A stretch of 64,000 nt of DNA, from contig OX597818.1 of assembly GCA_951406725.2 (NCBI GenBank), positions 47,368,001 through 47,432,000 on the forward strand, read 5' to 3'. The stretch is from Octopus vulgaris (taxonomy: Eukaryota). Under the pieces are notes generated by a model. It was given only the letters and a program-made list of their open reading frames with translations, was not told the origin of the DNA and ran no database searches. Shown here in pieces: positions 25,855-38,999 of the stretch (its first letter is position 1; every line of letters starts with the position of its first letter). A program made the position numbers and the translations under genes.

Positions 25855-27254
25855 AAGAGAGAAAGAGAGAGGGGGGTGACAGTTATTACTAAACCAAGTG
25901 GGCTGTTTACAATAGACAGGAAAGAAGCAGCGCTTTTGACTGCCTAATTTGTTCTTAGATATTGGGACATTTAGACTTTATCTCAAATATACCGTCTGTG
26001 ACCAAAGAAACAGCAAAAGCATTAAGAATAAGGAAAAGAAAAAGAGCAATCAAGAAAAGTAAAGACAGAAGGAAGGAAAAAAAAGAAACAGATTGTGCTA
26101 TTTTGGAAAGAATAATTTTTCAAGAAACCTCACTATCAATTGTTTTTATTTTTTTATTTTTTTGCTGACCTCGAACAAGAAATATGCTGGAATAAATCTA
26201 CAATGGGCAAATTATATCCTGTATTAAAATGACTTAAATTGTCAAGAAATGACAAGCCAATTTGAGAACAAATAATTCAGAGATAAGAAAAAAAGAAGAA
26301 AAAAAACATTTCCCAAACAAAAAGTGGTTTGGGAAAAGTAATAATAAGAGTTACTTTTAAAAATATATATGTTAACAAAAACAGAATATCAAAAAGGACA
26401 AAGACACAAATGAAAAGAACCATCATTGTCATTTTAATGTCTATTGTTCCAGGCTGGCATGACTCAGATGGAATTTACTGAGCCAGATTTTCTATAGCTG
26501 GATGTCCTTCCCATTGCTGACCTCATCGGTTTCCAACAAGGCTGCAGAGTCAGAGTCGGAAACAATTAAGGAGTAGTCAGAGTCAGAGTGGGTAAAACTA
26601 TACCGACTCCGACTCACAATATCTTTATTCTTTAATATAAACCAGTTATAACATATAGGCCTTCTCAAAGTATAAGCGTATGCATATGCTTCATGAGATA
26701 TGTAGACCACAATCACTTAATTACATAAAGAGGAGTCAGAGTCAAAGTTTTTTTTTTGTTTTGACTCCACAGCCCTGATTTCCAAGCATGGTAATATTTC
26801 CCTAAAGCCATATGTATTTTTCAAGGAAGATTCAAAATGAATGATATTGCTTGTGCGATGGTGACACTTCCATACAACCATTACATGATGCTTAGACAAG
26901 GGGTCACATGCACATATATAAACATTTCTTTCCTTCCCTTTCTTTTCATACTCGAGTAACCAAGTACTTCCTCTGTAGTAAAACACCTATTTCTATTCCT
27001 TTATTATACTTTAACCTCTCAACTGAGACACAGCCACTTCCCTCAATCCACTTCCTCTCCCTGCTGTGAGGTCTTTGCCTCACAAGTTACTTGGCAATCC
27101 CACTGGTGTTGGTGCCACATAAAAAGCACTCAGAACACTCTGTATAGCAACTGGCATTAGGAAGGGTACCCAGCTGTACAAACCATGCCAAAACAGACAA
27201 TGGAACCTGGTGCAGCTCTCTGGTTTGCCTAGCTTCTTGAAGGAAATTAATTTA

Positions 27255-28057
27255 CTAGTGATCCCTCGCTACTTCGCAGTTCAACTATCACGGATTCAAA
27301 CCTTCTCGGATTAAAAAAATTTTTTAAATATATATATGAACGCCTAAAATTTTTCATTAAATCCATTAAAATATTAATGTGCCGGTGGCACATAAAAAGC
27401 ACCATCCGAACATGGCCGATGCCAGCGCTGCCTCGACTGGCTTCTGTGCTGGTGGCACATAAAAAGCACCATCTGAACGTGACCGATGCCAGCGCCGCCT
27501 TGGCTGGCTACCGTGCCGGTGGCACGTTAAAAGCACCAACCGATCGTGGCCGATGCCAGACTCCCCTGGCACCTGTGCCGGTGGCACGTAAAAAGCACCC
27601 ATTACACTCGCGGAGTGGTTGGCGTTAGGAAGGGCATCCAGCTGTAGAAACACTGCCAGATCAGACTGGAGCCTGGTGCAGCCTCCTGGCTTCCTAGACC
27701 CCGGTCGAACCGTCCAACCCGTGCTAGCACGGAAAACAGACGTTAAACGATGATGATTATTTCCTAGTCTAGGAACAACAAAACAAGTGCAAAATAGCAA
27801 AAAAGCATATATAGGGATTGGTGGAATGGAGAGAGACGACGAATCACAGTTTTGTATTTTGTAATCTGGCCTGTGTAACAGTAACAATCTTTATTTTTTT
27901 AAATCTAAAGTGTTATTGCTTAACAGTACAGGGGCGGTTTTAAAAGTCCAAATACACGTTAAATAAATACTGTAAATATGGTGTCCCTACTTCGCGGAAA
28001 TTCAGTTATTGCGGCCGGTCTCGGAATCAATCTACTGCAGTAAACGAGGGATCCCTG
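27255..28057. mobile_element. Tigger/pogo-like MITE containing a family-A insertion
   Basis: Ends tagtgatccctcg / cgagggatccctg followed by TA. Confidence 0.72.
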
Positions 28058-28061
28058 TATA

Positions 28062-28920
28062 CGAGGTCTGATCATTAAGTATCTGGACTGTTGTCATAGT
28101 AATGAAGTTAAAGCACACATAGTGAAGCTGCTTGGCGCAGATAGACTTTGAATGCTGCTGTGCATGTGCAGTAAGTTTTAACATTTTAGCTCACTTCCGC
28201 TGTTTACAGCAGTGCTTGGAAGGAAGGTGTGTAGTGTGTGATCATCACAATGACCATGACAGAGAAAATTCTCAGGATAATACCTGCTCAGAGGGCTACG
28301 CAAAGTTTCAGAAAGTGTATGAGTTGCCCCCAAGTGGTTCAGATGTTTCCAAGATGGCTGAAAAAAATGTTGATATTGTCAAATGTTCTGGGAGACCCAC
28401 AACCAGCAGAACTGAGAAAAACATTGCAGATGTGTGTACAGCTGTGAGAGGAAATCGTTGAATCGTCATCCGTGAGTTATCAGAGGAGGTACAGATTAGT
28501 TCAGTCCATTATCACTGAAGATTTGGGTACGAGACACATGTCTGCCAAGTCTGTACCAAAACTGCTTTCAGCTGCCCAAAATGACACTCAGATTTCAGTT
28601 GCACAAGATCATGATTGTGTTGAAAGCGATGAATACTTTTTGGAAACCCTGCATAGGCCTCTGAGCAGGTATCACCAAGCTTTTGGCCGAATTTGATGCA
28701 GATTATCTGCTCAACTTTACCTATCATGGTCAATGTGATGAGCACACGCTACACACCTTTCTTCCAAGCACTGCTGTAAACAGCGGAAGTGAGCTAAAAT
28801 GTTAAAACTTACTGTACATGCACAGCAGAGTTCAAGGTCTATCTGTGCGAAGCAGCTTCACTCTGCGTGCTTTACCTCATTGCTATGGCAACAGTCCAGA
28901 TACTTATTGGTCAGACCTCG
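28062..28920 (+). mobile_element. Non-autonomous mariner with very long inverted ends
   Basis: TA-cgaggtctga ... tcagacctcg-TA; transposase remnants SGRPTTSRTEKNI (+) and EQIICIKFGQKLGDTCSEAY (-). Confidence 0.9.
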
Positions 28921-29533
28921 TATGTAGAAGTTCCAATACGAATGCAGAAGCTTTCCTTTGTTGATTCAAAACAAACTTTGTTGTTGTCGTTCCATATGAG
29001 TCACAGTCAACAAAATGAAGATCAAAGGCATTCATGTCATAACAAATCCAGTCACTTGTATACTATTATACAAACTACAGTGTAATACAGCTTTTAAGAC
29101 TGTATGTAGGGTGTGATCTGAGAATTTTGGCTGCTATTTTCAGTGGGCTGAACAAAGCCTTGTCAATGAATAATAAATAATCAATTCCCGTAGCCCTTCT
29201 CTCTCTCTCTTTCTTTCTCCCCAACCCACTTTCCACTTACATTTTCAGAGTAAGTAGTTAATTTTATTACTTCAGTGAAGTGATCACCTTCACTGACAGG
29301 TGAGTTTCACCAACTTAGAAAAACGTGAGACAAGAGGAAGTTTTTTTTTCTTTGTCCTATATGTATACATAACAATGCATAATCATCACTATTATTAGAT
29401 TAAATGATAAAAGATTTAATGAAAGATAGAGAAGGAAGAAAACCTAATTAGTGCATTAATAGAAAATTAATATTCAAATATATTCCTTTTGTTTCAAATA
29501 ATTTTGAAATTACTCAATCAAATGTAATGCTTA

Positions 29534-29913
29534 TTTATTACCTGTGCCTTAGCAAAGGTGGACGTACTGTTTTCAGTCATGCTTGTTTGTTTTGTCTATG
29601 GACAAGATATCTCAAGAACTGCTGGATAGATTCAGATGAAACTTTCAAGGATGTTTGGCCTTGTGACTGGCATGAACTGATTAGATTTTGGGATTGATCT
29701 GGTACCGAACAAGGATTCTGGATTGTTTTCCCGCCTTTTTTTTTTTTTTTACTTAATGTTTGAGAGAGATCAGGTTCATTTTTAGCACTTTCGTTTGTGA
29801 AAGCAGTCAAGTTTATTTCAGATATTCTCATTTTAAAAATCATCTCCAGCTAATTGTTGAGAGGACGTTGGTGTTGCCTTGGTGGGGGTTTGCGCTCTCT
29901 GAATGCTCTTGTT
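29534..29913 (+). mobile_element. Helentron-associated HINE/DINE-1-like element
   Basis: ttattacctgtgccttagc...ccttggtggggtttgcgctctctgaatgctcttgtt: subterminal inverted repeat plus 3' stem-loop, with T-rich ends. Confidence 0.65.
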
Positions 29914-30574
29914 CACATAGTTTTGAATTAATCATGCATTATCTCATTTTTTTCCCAAAATCTTGATATGATAGTTTATTTTTAGAATGACATTGTGAGA
30001 GGCCAAATCTGACTGGTTTCAACATCATCATCATCGTTTAAGATCTGCTTTCCATGCTAGCATGGGTTGGACGATTTGACCAAGGACTGGTGAACCAGAT
30101 GGCTGCACCAGGCTCCAATCAAATCTGGCAGAGTTTCTACAACTGGATGGCCTTTGAATGTCAGTGATATCCACTATTTCTGCAAAAGTAAGTTAGGTCA
30201 TGAAATATTACCTTACTTGGAAAGCAGTACGGTTGTTGACAGGATAGGCATCCAGCTGCAGAAAATTTGCATCAATAAAACTCTGTCTAACCCATGCAAG
30301 CATGAAAAAGTGGATGTTAAAAATGATGATGATGTACTACCATAACTTTCCTACCATTTTTCAAACAATATATTTTAGAGCAAAAACATTTATATTCTTT
30401 GTCTTTGCTAATGATGTCAAACCTTTGAAAATTTCTTTGTTAGTCTATGCTGGTATCCCTCTATCCCAAATGTTAATTAGATCACAAATACTTAATATCT
30501 ATTAAGACTGAGCAGCCAGTTATATGACTTAGTGCCAAGATGTTGATTTAGCATTCAATAAAATGAAAGTTTAA

Positions 30575-30794
30575 CCATTTTGTCACCATATTTCTGTTGA
30601 AATGCAAAGCCTTTACCTTAAATATTTTTGAAAATAATGAAGAATTTAGTAAAATAATTTCATCGTTGTTAAGCTAGTATTTGGAACATAAATTAACATG
30701 AAACTTTAATGGAAAGTTTTAACTGAGATCATTTTAAATCAGGAAGGTTGTATCATAGAACCAGGGTTAGTACAAGCAGATGGTGTCAAATGGG
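30575..30794. mobile_element. Second piggyBac-like MITE family
   Basis: TTAA-ccattttgtcacca ... tggtgtcaaatggg-TTAA. Confidence 0.75.
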
Positions 30795-30904
30795 TTAAGT
30801 GAACAGAAAACTATGTTTAACATTCTGATGCTACTATCCTTTATCTGAAATAATTAATATAGGAAATAATTACAATGTATACAGGGACAAAAATATTTTG
30901 TGTT

Positions 30905-32225
30905 CAAGGTGGTATCAAAAAGTTCCCAGATTAGTTCTGTAGTGCAATAGCAGATGGTTGCATTTTTTGTGAGAGCTAGTAGTGACATTCATGAGGCAAT
31001 TTCACTGGTTGTGAAATTTGTGTTTTTTATTTCTTTATTGTCCACAAGGGGCTAAACATAGACGGGAAAAAACAAGGACAGACAAACAGATTAAGTTGAT
31101 TACATCGACTCCAGTGCTTAACTGGTACTTAAAAGACGGAGAACTGGCAGAAACGTTAGCACGTCGGGCGAAATGCTTTGCGGTATTTCGTCTGCCGTTA
31201 CGTTGTGAGTTCAAATTCCGCCTAAGTCGACTTTACCTTTCATCCTTTCGGGGTCGATAAATTAAGTACCAGTTACGCACTGGGGTCGATGTAATCGAAT
31301 TAATACCTATGTCTGTCCTTGTTTGTCCCCTCTATGTTTAGCCCCTTGTGGGTAATAAAGAAATAGGTAATTAATTTATCGACCCCGAAAGGCTGAAAGG
31401 CAAAGTTGACCTCGGCGGAATTTGAACTCAGAACATAACGGCAGACAAAAAACCGCTAAGCATTTTGCCCAGCGTGCTAACGCTTCTGCCAGTTTGCCGC
31501 CAAGTTGTGAAATTTGTGTTTTTGTGATCACATGTATGCTGTAGTCTGCAATTTTTGTCATGGACAGGACGTTGGAACACAGCCAACACGAAATTTTGCT
31601 TTAAACTTGAGGAGTCTGCTACAGAGCGAATGGGCATGCTTCGGCAAGCTTACAGCAACGAGGCAATGAATCATATGCAATGTTTTGAGTGGCACAGACA
31701 CTTCAAAAGTAGGACGTCCCTGGAAGATGATGAGCGATCTAGAAGACCTGCCATGAGCATCACCCTCAGAAATGTGGAGAAAAATTCATCAGCTTGTAGA
31801 TGAAGATCATCGAAGGACAATCAACAACATTTTGAAGCATTTGAGGGAAGGCGTTCAGCAAAAGCAACCAGATCTGTGGATTGCAAAGAATTGGATTCTT
31901 CACAACGACAATGCACTCTGTCACCAAGCTCTCCTCACTCATGAGTTTCTTGCCAAAAACATGGTATCACTTCCATACTCACCCTATTTGCCAGATTTAG
32001 CACTTATGGGCTTCCATCTCTTCCCCAAGATGAAAATACAGCTCAAAGGTTGCTGTTTAAACACTGTTGTCAAGATCAAGAGAAAATCACAGAAGGTCCT
32101 CGACTTGCTAACAGAAACAACTTCCAGGCCAAATTCCAAAAGTGGTAGGAATGCTGGGACCAGTATATTGCTGTGCAAAGCGACTATTTCAAAGGAGAAT
32201 GTGTTAAAAATTTAGCTAAATAAGT
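30905..32225 (+). mobile_element. Decayed mariner transposon with nested SINEs
   Basis: KFCFKLEESATE...CFEWHRHFK..SLEDDERS; WILHNDNA; PYSPYLPDLA..FHLFPKMK (YSPDL-like); SINE block flanked by duplicated gttgtgaaatttgtgttttt. Confidence 0.88.
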
Positions 32226-33002
32226 TCAGACAATGAAAACTTGGATTTTGGGTGTGAAATATTAATGACTGTCATTTAAAGACAACAAAACCAATTTACA
32301 TCTGAAATTGCTAATAGCAGTTAATGAATGATTAGACAAGTACTTTATTTTATTGACCTCAACATAATTTGAACTCGGAACACAAAGAGCTGGAAGAAAT
32401 ACTATGAAGTACTTTTTTCCAACACTCTAACAATCATGCCAACTCAATAATAATAATTCTTTCTTATTTTGGCACAAGGTCAGCAATTTTGATGGAGAGG
32501 ACAAACTGATTCCATCAACCCTACAACTCAAAATTACATATAGAACACAGAATATTATAAAACTGAAGAGAGAAACCCAAGAAGACGTGGGACAAAGTAT
32601 TGAAGACCAATCTCAAAATGCTGAGCCTTATGAAGGAGATGACAAACGGCTGAGATATACAGCGCAATTGCTATACTCAAGAAGAATTGCCCACCAGAAA
32701 AGAATTGATATCCTAAAACCACCTTGGTAATTCCTGTCCATGAAGGGCTCTGCCGTCAACTTTTTCTCACCATCCACATTTCAACGCCTAATACCCAAAA
32801 GCACTGGTGCTACATAAAGGGCACCCAATACACTCTATAGAGTGGCGGGCATTAGGAAGGGAATCTCGCTGTAGAAACCAAGACAAAACAGACAGTAGAA
32901 CTTAGTGTGGCTTCTGTTAAACTGTTCAACCCATACCAGCATGGAAAACAAATGTTAAATGATGAGAAATCACGAATATTATTTTATGAAGATTATTAAC
33001 AA

Positions 33003-33366
33003 CTAGCACTATGACCCGGCAATGCCGGATCATAGTGCTAGTGCATGCATATACAGCTGCGTGCGTGCACACATACACACGAGTACTGTCCAAATCTCTG
33101 ACCAATCACATACAGCAAGCTGGCATTCAATTGGCGTATCAAGTTTCAGGCATTTTGATTGGGTTTTGGATAGAAAATTCACAAAAAAGTCGCTTCTATT
33201 GATTTTTTAATGGCTTTGCGGGGTGACTGAGGAAATGCAAAGATGTGCACGACCACCCTTGGACAGTTTTGAATGACCATAGAAAGTGTGAGCCATCTAA
33301 CTGAAAAGTTGTGGATTTGTATAAAGGACACACACGCAGACATTTTGCCGTTTATATATATAGAGA
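33003..33366 (-). mobile_element. Non-autonomous Helitron
   Basis: Minus strand reads A|TCTCTATATA... GC hairpin ...CTAG|T. Confidence 0.78.
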
Positions 33367-35731
33367 TTAATATATAAAATTTCAGAACATATTAACTAGA
33401 TAAACATTGTTTGATATAGCTACCTTTGCATTCTTCTTGACAGCCTTAAACTTAATTGCCATTGGTATTTTACAATAAATTTCTTTGGTAGATAAACAAC
33501 CAAACTTAAGCTGCTACTCTGAGCTTGCCTAGCAGCTAAACTGCTTTCCTACTTCCTAGATAGACAGGACTTCTCATCCATACAATGAAGGTGACTGAAC
33601 AATCTCAACGGCTGATGAAAAGGTTTGTCTTAATCACACAGAGTTGTGCAACCACATCAAATACATCTCCACTTTTCTACAACCTAAGCTGGTAAGTAAA
33701 CTGTCAAATCTACCTAATGACACAGAGACAGTCTCACTCCTAACCAGCTCAGACAACCATGGTTGGATTTCTTTCTCCCTTTACCTACATAAACAGAAAC
33801 AACCTTTTGCCTTGCAACCTTAGATCATCATCATCATCATTCCTATTCTACATCTACTTTTCATGCTAGCATGGATTGGATAATTCGACAGGGTCAGATG
33901 AGTCTGAGGATCCATTTTGCTCCAGAGTCTCACTTTTGACAAGGCTCCTACAGCTGGATGCCCTTCCTAACATCAACCATTTTACAGAGTATACAGGTCG
34001 TTGCCAGTGCCGCTGGACTGGCTCCTGTGCGGGTGGCACATAAAAAGCACCATTTGAGCCTAGCCGTTGCCAGTACCGCCTGACTGGCCCTCGTGCCAGT
34101 GGCAGGTAAAAGCACCTACTACACTCTCAAAGTGGTTGGCGTTAGGAAGGGCATCCAGCTGTAGAAACTCTGCCAGATCAGATTGGAGCCTGGTGCAGCC
34201 ATCTGGTTCGCCAGACCTCAGTCAAATCATCCAACCCATGCTAGCATGGAAAGCGGACGTTAAACGATGATGATAATGATGATGACAGAGTGCATTTTTC
34301 CCAGATACCAGCACAATAGAAGTCATTTTGTTTTCAATTAGGTAACCAAGTCCTCTCTCAAAACTATGAAGACAACCTTTATTCTTAATGCCTTATGGCT
34401 GCCACTATGAATCCTCTTCATAGCTAAACACAGTCCCTACATTACAGAGAGATGCAACTTCTCAGCTGCAATGAAGACAATCTAAATGGAAGCTGGGTAC
34501 TCCAAATAAATCCAATAGTATTCAAAATAGTTTTTGCCATAATTGCACAGCGATGACGTGCATTCCATGGGCCACAGTGAATGTAACTCATCTCGAAGGA
34601 CAGTAACTTGAAACAGATACAGATTAGAGAGGCATCTTTAGTCTTGACAGATAGCCTCTCTGGTGCCAGTTGTTAAGTAGTTAGTGATGAGATCATCCAG
34701 TTACAAAAATAATACAAAATAGAGAAAAAAACATGATATATATACAACAATAAAAGTTGGTTTCCTCTGATGTTGTGTGTAGCAGATGAGGACTGACAGC
34801 AATTAGAAGCATGGTGTACTGGAACAGACCCCCTTCTATATATATATTTTTTTAATGATTTTGTCCCAAACAAGGCTTGGGGCCAATGTAGCATAAGAGA
34901 CAACAAAGAAAGAAAAGGAGGCCTACAAATTCAGAGTGTAGTGGGTGCTTTTATGTGCCACTGGCACGAGGGCCAGTCAGGCGGTACTGGCAACAGCCAC
35001 ACTCAAACGGTGTTTTTTACGTGCCACCTGCACAGAAGCCAGTCCAGCGGCACTGGCAAACGACCTTGCTCGTTTTTTCACGTGCCACCGGCACGTATAA
35101 TCATGATGCTTTTACACATACATAGGTATCTACAACAAGCTTCTTTCAGGGCTTTGATCAACCCAGGGTGAAAGTAGAAGGCACTTGCCCATGATGCTGT
35201 ACAGTGAGACGGAACCCGAGACCAGATGATTGAGAAGCAAACTGCTTAACTACACAGCCATGCCTGTACCTATTTTTATAATTTATTTACATTGAAAATA
35301 TAAGGCAATCACACTGGTGCTAGAGTAATGAAAAAAAGCACCCAGTAGACACTGTAAAGTGGCTGGCAAACCAAGCAGAGACTACATAGGATCAAGTGCA
35401 TACTCTAGCCTTGCACAGAGACAGTCTCTATAGAACTGGTGCTATAAAAAAATGCATCCAATACACTCTTCTGTCAGCCAGGAAGGGTATCCAGCCATAG
35501 GAACCATATCAAAACTGAAACTTTGGTCTTCAAATTAATGAGATCCTGTTGAACTGTCCAACCCATGCCAGCATGGAAAGCAGATGATGATGATGATGCT
35601 GATTTTTAAAGAGCTCTTTTTTTTATATATGTTTATTGATATGGATCATATTTAAAACGTGGTTAAAACAAAAACAAGATGAATTTGAATATTGTGAATA
35701 TAAAATTTTAATCATGAAAAATGTTACTTAC

Positions 35732-35827
35732 AGGTGGAGTCTTTGTACTAAGGTCTCTATTAAGTCTATCAGTGAATCCTTGTAAAAGCGTATTCCCTCC
35801 AACTGCAATTACACTGCTGTATAGACT
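35732..35827 (-). CDS. ACTL6: ACTL6 exon (96 nt)
   Basis: cttcag/gtaagt; [32 protein letters not shown] with the actin-fold GGNT motif. Confidence 0.97.
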
Positions 35828-35907
35828 CTGAAGATAAGAGAAGACAATCGTTAGAATAATTACATACAAAATTTAGCATGTTTGTGGTACGTGGGATTTT
35901 ATGTACA

Positions 35908-36294
35908 CTAGCAGTATCACCCGGCGTTGCTCGGGTTTGTTTTGAATTGGAAGTTTTGAAAAGTAAAAATTTTGCATTATGTAGCTTGTTAATCTCTTTA
36001 AGTGAACATTTTTCTGGTTGAAAGACACCGACAAATGGCGACACAGCAGTCAAAAAATTATCAAAAATAGGGATTTTCATAGAAAAAAAGCACCTTTTTG
36101 ATGTAAATAATTTTTGGTGTTAACATGGTCCGATTTGAATTTTTCCTTCTACGGAAGGAAGAGCAAGCCTTTTTCTATCATACTTTCAATTTTGGTCAAC
36201 TTGCGCCGCAGGGTCTCGGAGGAGATAGTGTTAGTTGAAGGCTACTAAACCTGCCATACACACACAGACAACTTCAGCTTTATATATAGAGAGA
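35908..36294 (-). mobile_element. Non-autonomous Helitron
   Basis: A|TCTCTCTATA... cccgagcaacgccggg hairpin ...CTAG|T; ends 80 nt from an ACTL6 acceptor. Confidence 0.8.
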
Positions 36295-37342
36295 TTTATT
36301 GAAATAGACATAAAAATTAGTGACACATTAAGAATAATTAGTGAATGCCTTCCATGTCTTTCCATAAGACCATGTCTGGTGGTGGACCAATATCATTTTG
36401 CTTGGAAACAAGTATGTTTAGGTGAGAGGTCAGGCATCGTGCAGTAGAAAGTCATTGCTAGCCAGTGGGGAGGCTGGCAGCAGCCACGATCGGCTGGTGC
36501 TTTTTAAGTGCCACCAACACGGAAGCCAGTCAAGGCGGCGCTGGCATTGGCCATGTTTGGATGGTGCTTTTTACGTGCCACCGGCATAGGCATCGCAACT
36601 ACAATTTCCATTCAACATCAAAATAAAAAATCAAATGGAAATTGTAGTTGTGATACCTGTGCTGGTGGCACGTAAAAAGCACCATCCAAACATGGCCGAT
36701 GCCAGTGCCGCCTTGACTGGCTTCCGTGCCGGTGGCACATAAAAAGCACCCACTACACTCACAGAGTGGTTGGTGTTAGAAAGGGTATCCAGCTGTAGAA
36801 ACACTGCGGGATCAGACTGGCGCCTGGTGCAGCCTCCAGGCTTCTCAGACCACGGTTGAACCGTCCAACCCATGCTAGCATGGAAAACAGACATTAAATG
36901 ATGATGATGATGTCTTTTGATTCTAGGTTTTGCTTCCATGCCTAGAATGTCTTTCCTAATTCTGTGACAGATTCAGCTATAAGAACTAAGTCATCAGCAC
37001 ACAGGAGTTCCCACAGGCAGCCACTTAAACTCCCATTATGGCTTCAAGGACTAAAATGAACAGCAAGGAGCAGAGCACTTTGCCCCAATGTACTCCCACC
37101 TTCATGTTGAATTCACCACCCTACTCTTTACTCTTTTACTTGTTTCAGTCATTTGACTGCAGCCATGCTGGAGCACCGCCTTTAGTCAAGCAAATCAACC
37201 CCAGGACTTATTCTTTGTAAGCCTAGTACTTATTCTATCAAATACCAAGTATAGGAAGTGGGTGTACTTCTGACCAAATACTTCACCTACAGCTGTCTCA
37301 CTAGGAAGAGAACATCAATAGTACTTCTTTCTAAATAAAAAA

Positions 37343-37833
37343 ATAAATGCACCCTTTTAAAGCCTAGCCAGGCTCATAGGCCCAGTTTCCCAGTTTCAAT
37401 GACGTATGTGTTCCCCAGCTGGACGGGACGCCAGTCCATCGCAGCATTACTCATTTTTGCCAGCTGAGTGGACTGGAGCAACGTGAAATGAAGTGTTTTG
37501 CTCAAGAACACAATGCATCGCCCAGTCCAGGAATCGAAAACACAATCTTACAATCATGGTGCTGACACCCTAACCACTAAGCCACACACCTCTACAAATA
37601 AATAAATGCACCCTTTTAAAGCCTAGCCAGGCTCATGGTCTCCCGGTTTCCTGGTTTCTATGGCATATATGCTCCCCAGCTGGACGGGACACCAGTCCAT
37701 CGCAGGGTTACTCATTTTTGCCAGCTGAGTGGACTGGAGCAACGTGAAATGAAGTGTTTTGCTCAAGAACACAACGCGTCGCCCAGTCCAGGAATCGAAA
37801 CCACAATCTTACGATCAAGTCACACGCCTCCAC
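37343..37833 (-). mobile_element. Two tandem tRNA-derived SINEs of family D
   Basis: Head tggcttagtggttagg...gtttcgattcc and body cttgagcaaaacacttcatttcacgttgctccagtccactcagctgg. Other copies at about 395-555, 40583-40830, 59868-60090; related element at 50990-51280. Confidence 0.85.
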
Positions 37834-37849
37834 ACTTCTTCCTAATATA

Positions 37850-38125
37850 AAACTTAACTGCATCACATTTATGATAATTCTCTTGCTCATCAACTGCATT
37901 ATAATTCTTTCAGTCACTTTCATTACCTGATCTAACAGTTTAACACTTTTGTAGTTTCCTCTCTCTATTATGTCCCTTTTGCCCTTGTAGTAGTTAATAA
38001 AGCTGCTGGTATACTAGTTGTTAGGTCCAACAGCTTCCTGTACAACCTGATTTATTGTGAAGACAACTAATTTGTGTCCTCTCCATCAGACACTTTAAGC
38101 ATTTCAGCAGTTAATCAATTCGATG
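37850..38125 (-). mobile_element. Old RTE fragment
   Basis: LTAEMLKVS...INYYKGKRD..ERGNYKSVKLLDQVMKVTERII. Confidence 0.75.
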
Positions 38126-38999
38126 ATTGGCATCTGTGCTAGTGGGGTGCAAAGAGCACCATACGAGTGTGATTGTTGACAGAGCGGCTATTCGAGTATG
38201 ATCATTACCAGCGTCGCCTTACTGACACTTATTATGCCTGTGCTAGGAGGGTGCCAAGAGTACCATCCAAGCATGATCATTGCCAGAGCAGCCAACTGGT
38301 TTCCGTAGCCATGGCATGTAAAAGGGCAACATTCGAGCGTGATCGTTACCAACGTCGCTTCACTGGCACCTATGCCGGTGGCACGTGTAAAAAGATTCGA
38401 GCGAGGTCATTGCCAGTACCACCTGACTGGCCCTCGTGCCGGTGGCACGTAAAAAGCACCCACTACAATCTCGGAGTGGTTGGCATTAGGAAGGGCATCC
38501 AGCTGTAGAAACTCTGCCAGATCAAGACTGGAGCCTGGTGCAGCCATCTGGTTCACCAGACCTCAGTCAAATTGTCCAACCCATGCTAGCATGGAAAGCG
38601 GACGTTAAACGATGATGATGATGATCCTGATGCACTGCATAACTTTCCTGTCCTCATATCCTTAATCACTATCTACTATACTGCTGACAACTTGAAAAAC
38701 TATTGGTTGTTGGGTTTCCATAGAGGAAATCCTGCTTTCTCTCATACATTCTCCTTGTTCAACACTTCTTATCACAGCACTTCTGTGACTCTTTCTTTCT
38801 AGTCTAAGAGCAAGAATGTTATTATCCTTCTATACATATTTCTTCCCAGTACCATTTGGATTTTTTTCTCACACACTGCCTCACAAACTGTCACACCACA
38901 CTTCTAATCCACATCTTAGAAAATTGGCAAACTTCTTATCCTCAATTTCTACCTTTGCTAAGTAAAACTGATGTCTAACTTCTTGTCTTACAATTTGAT

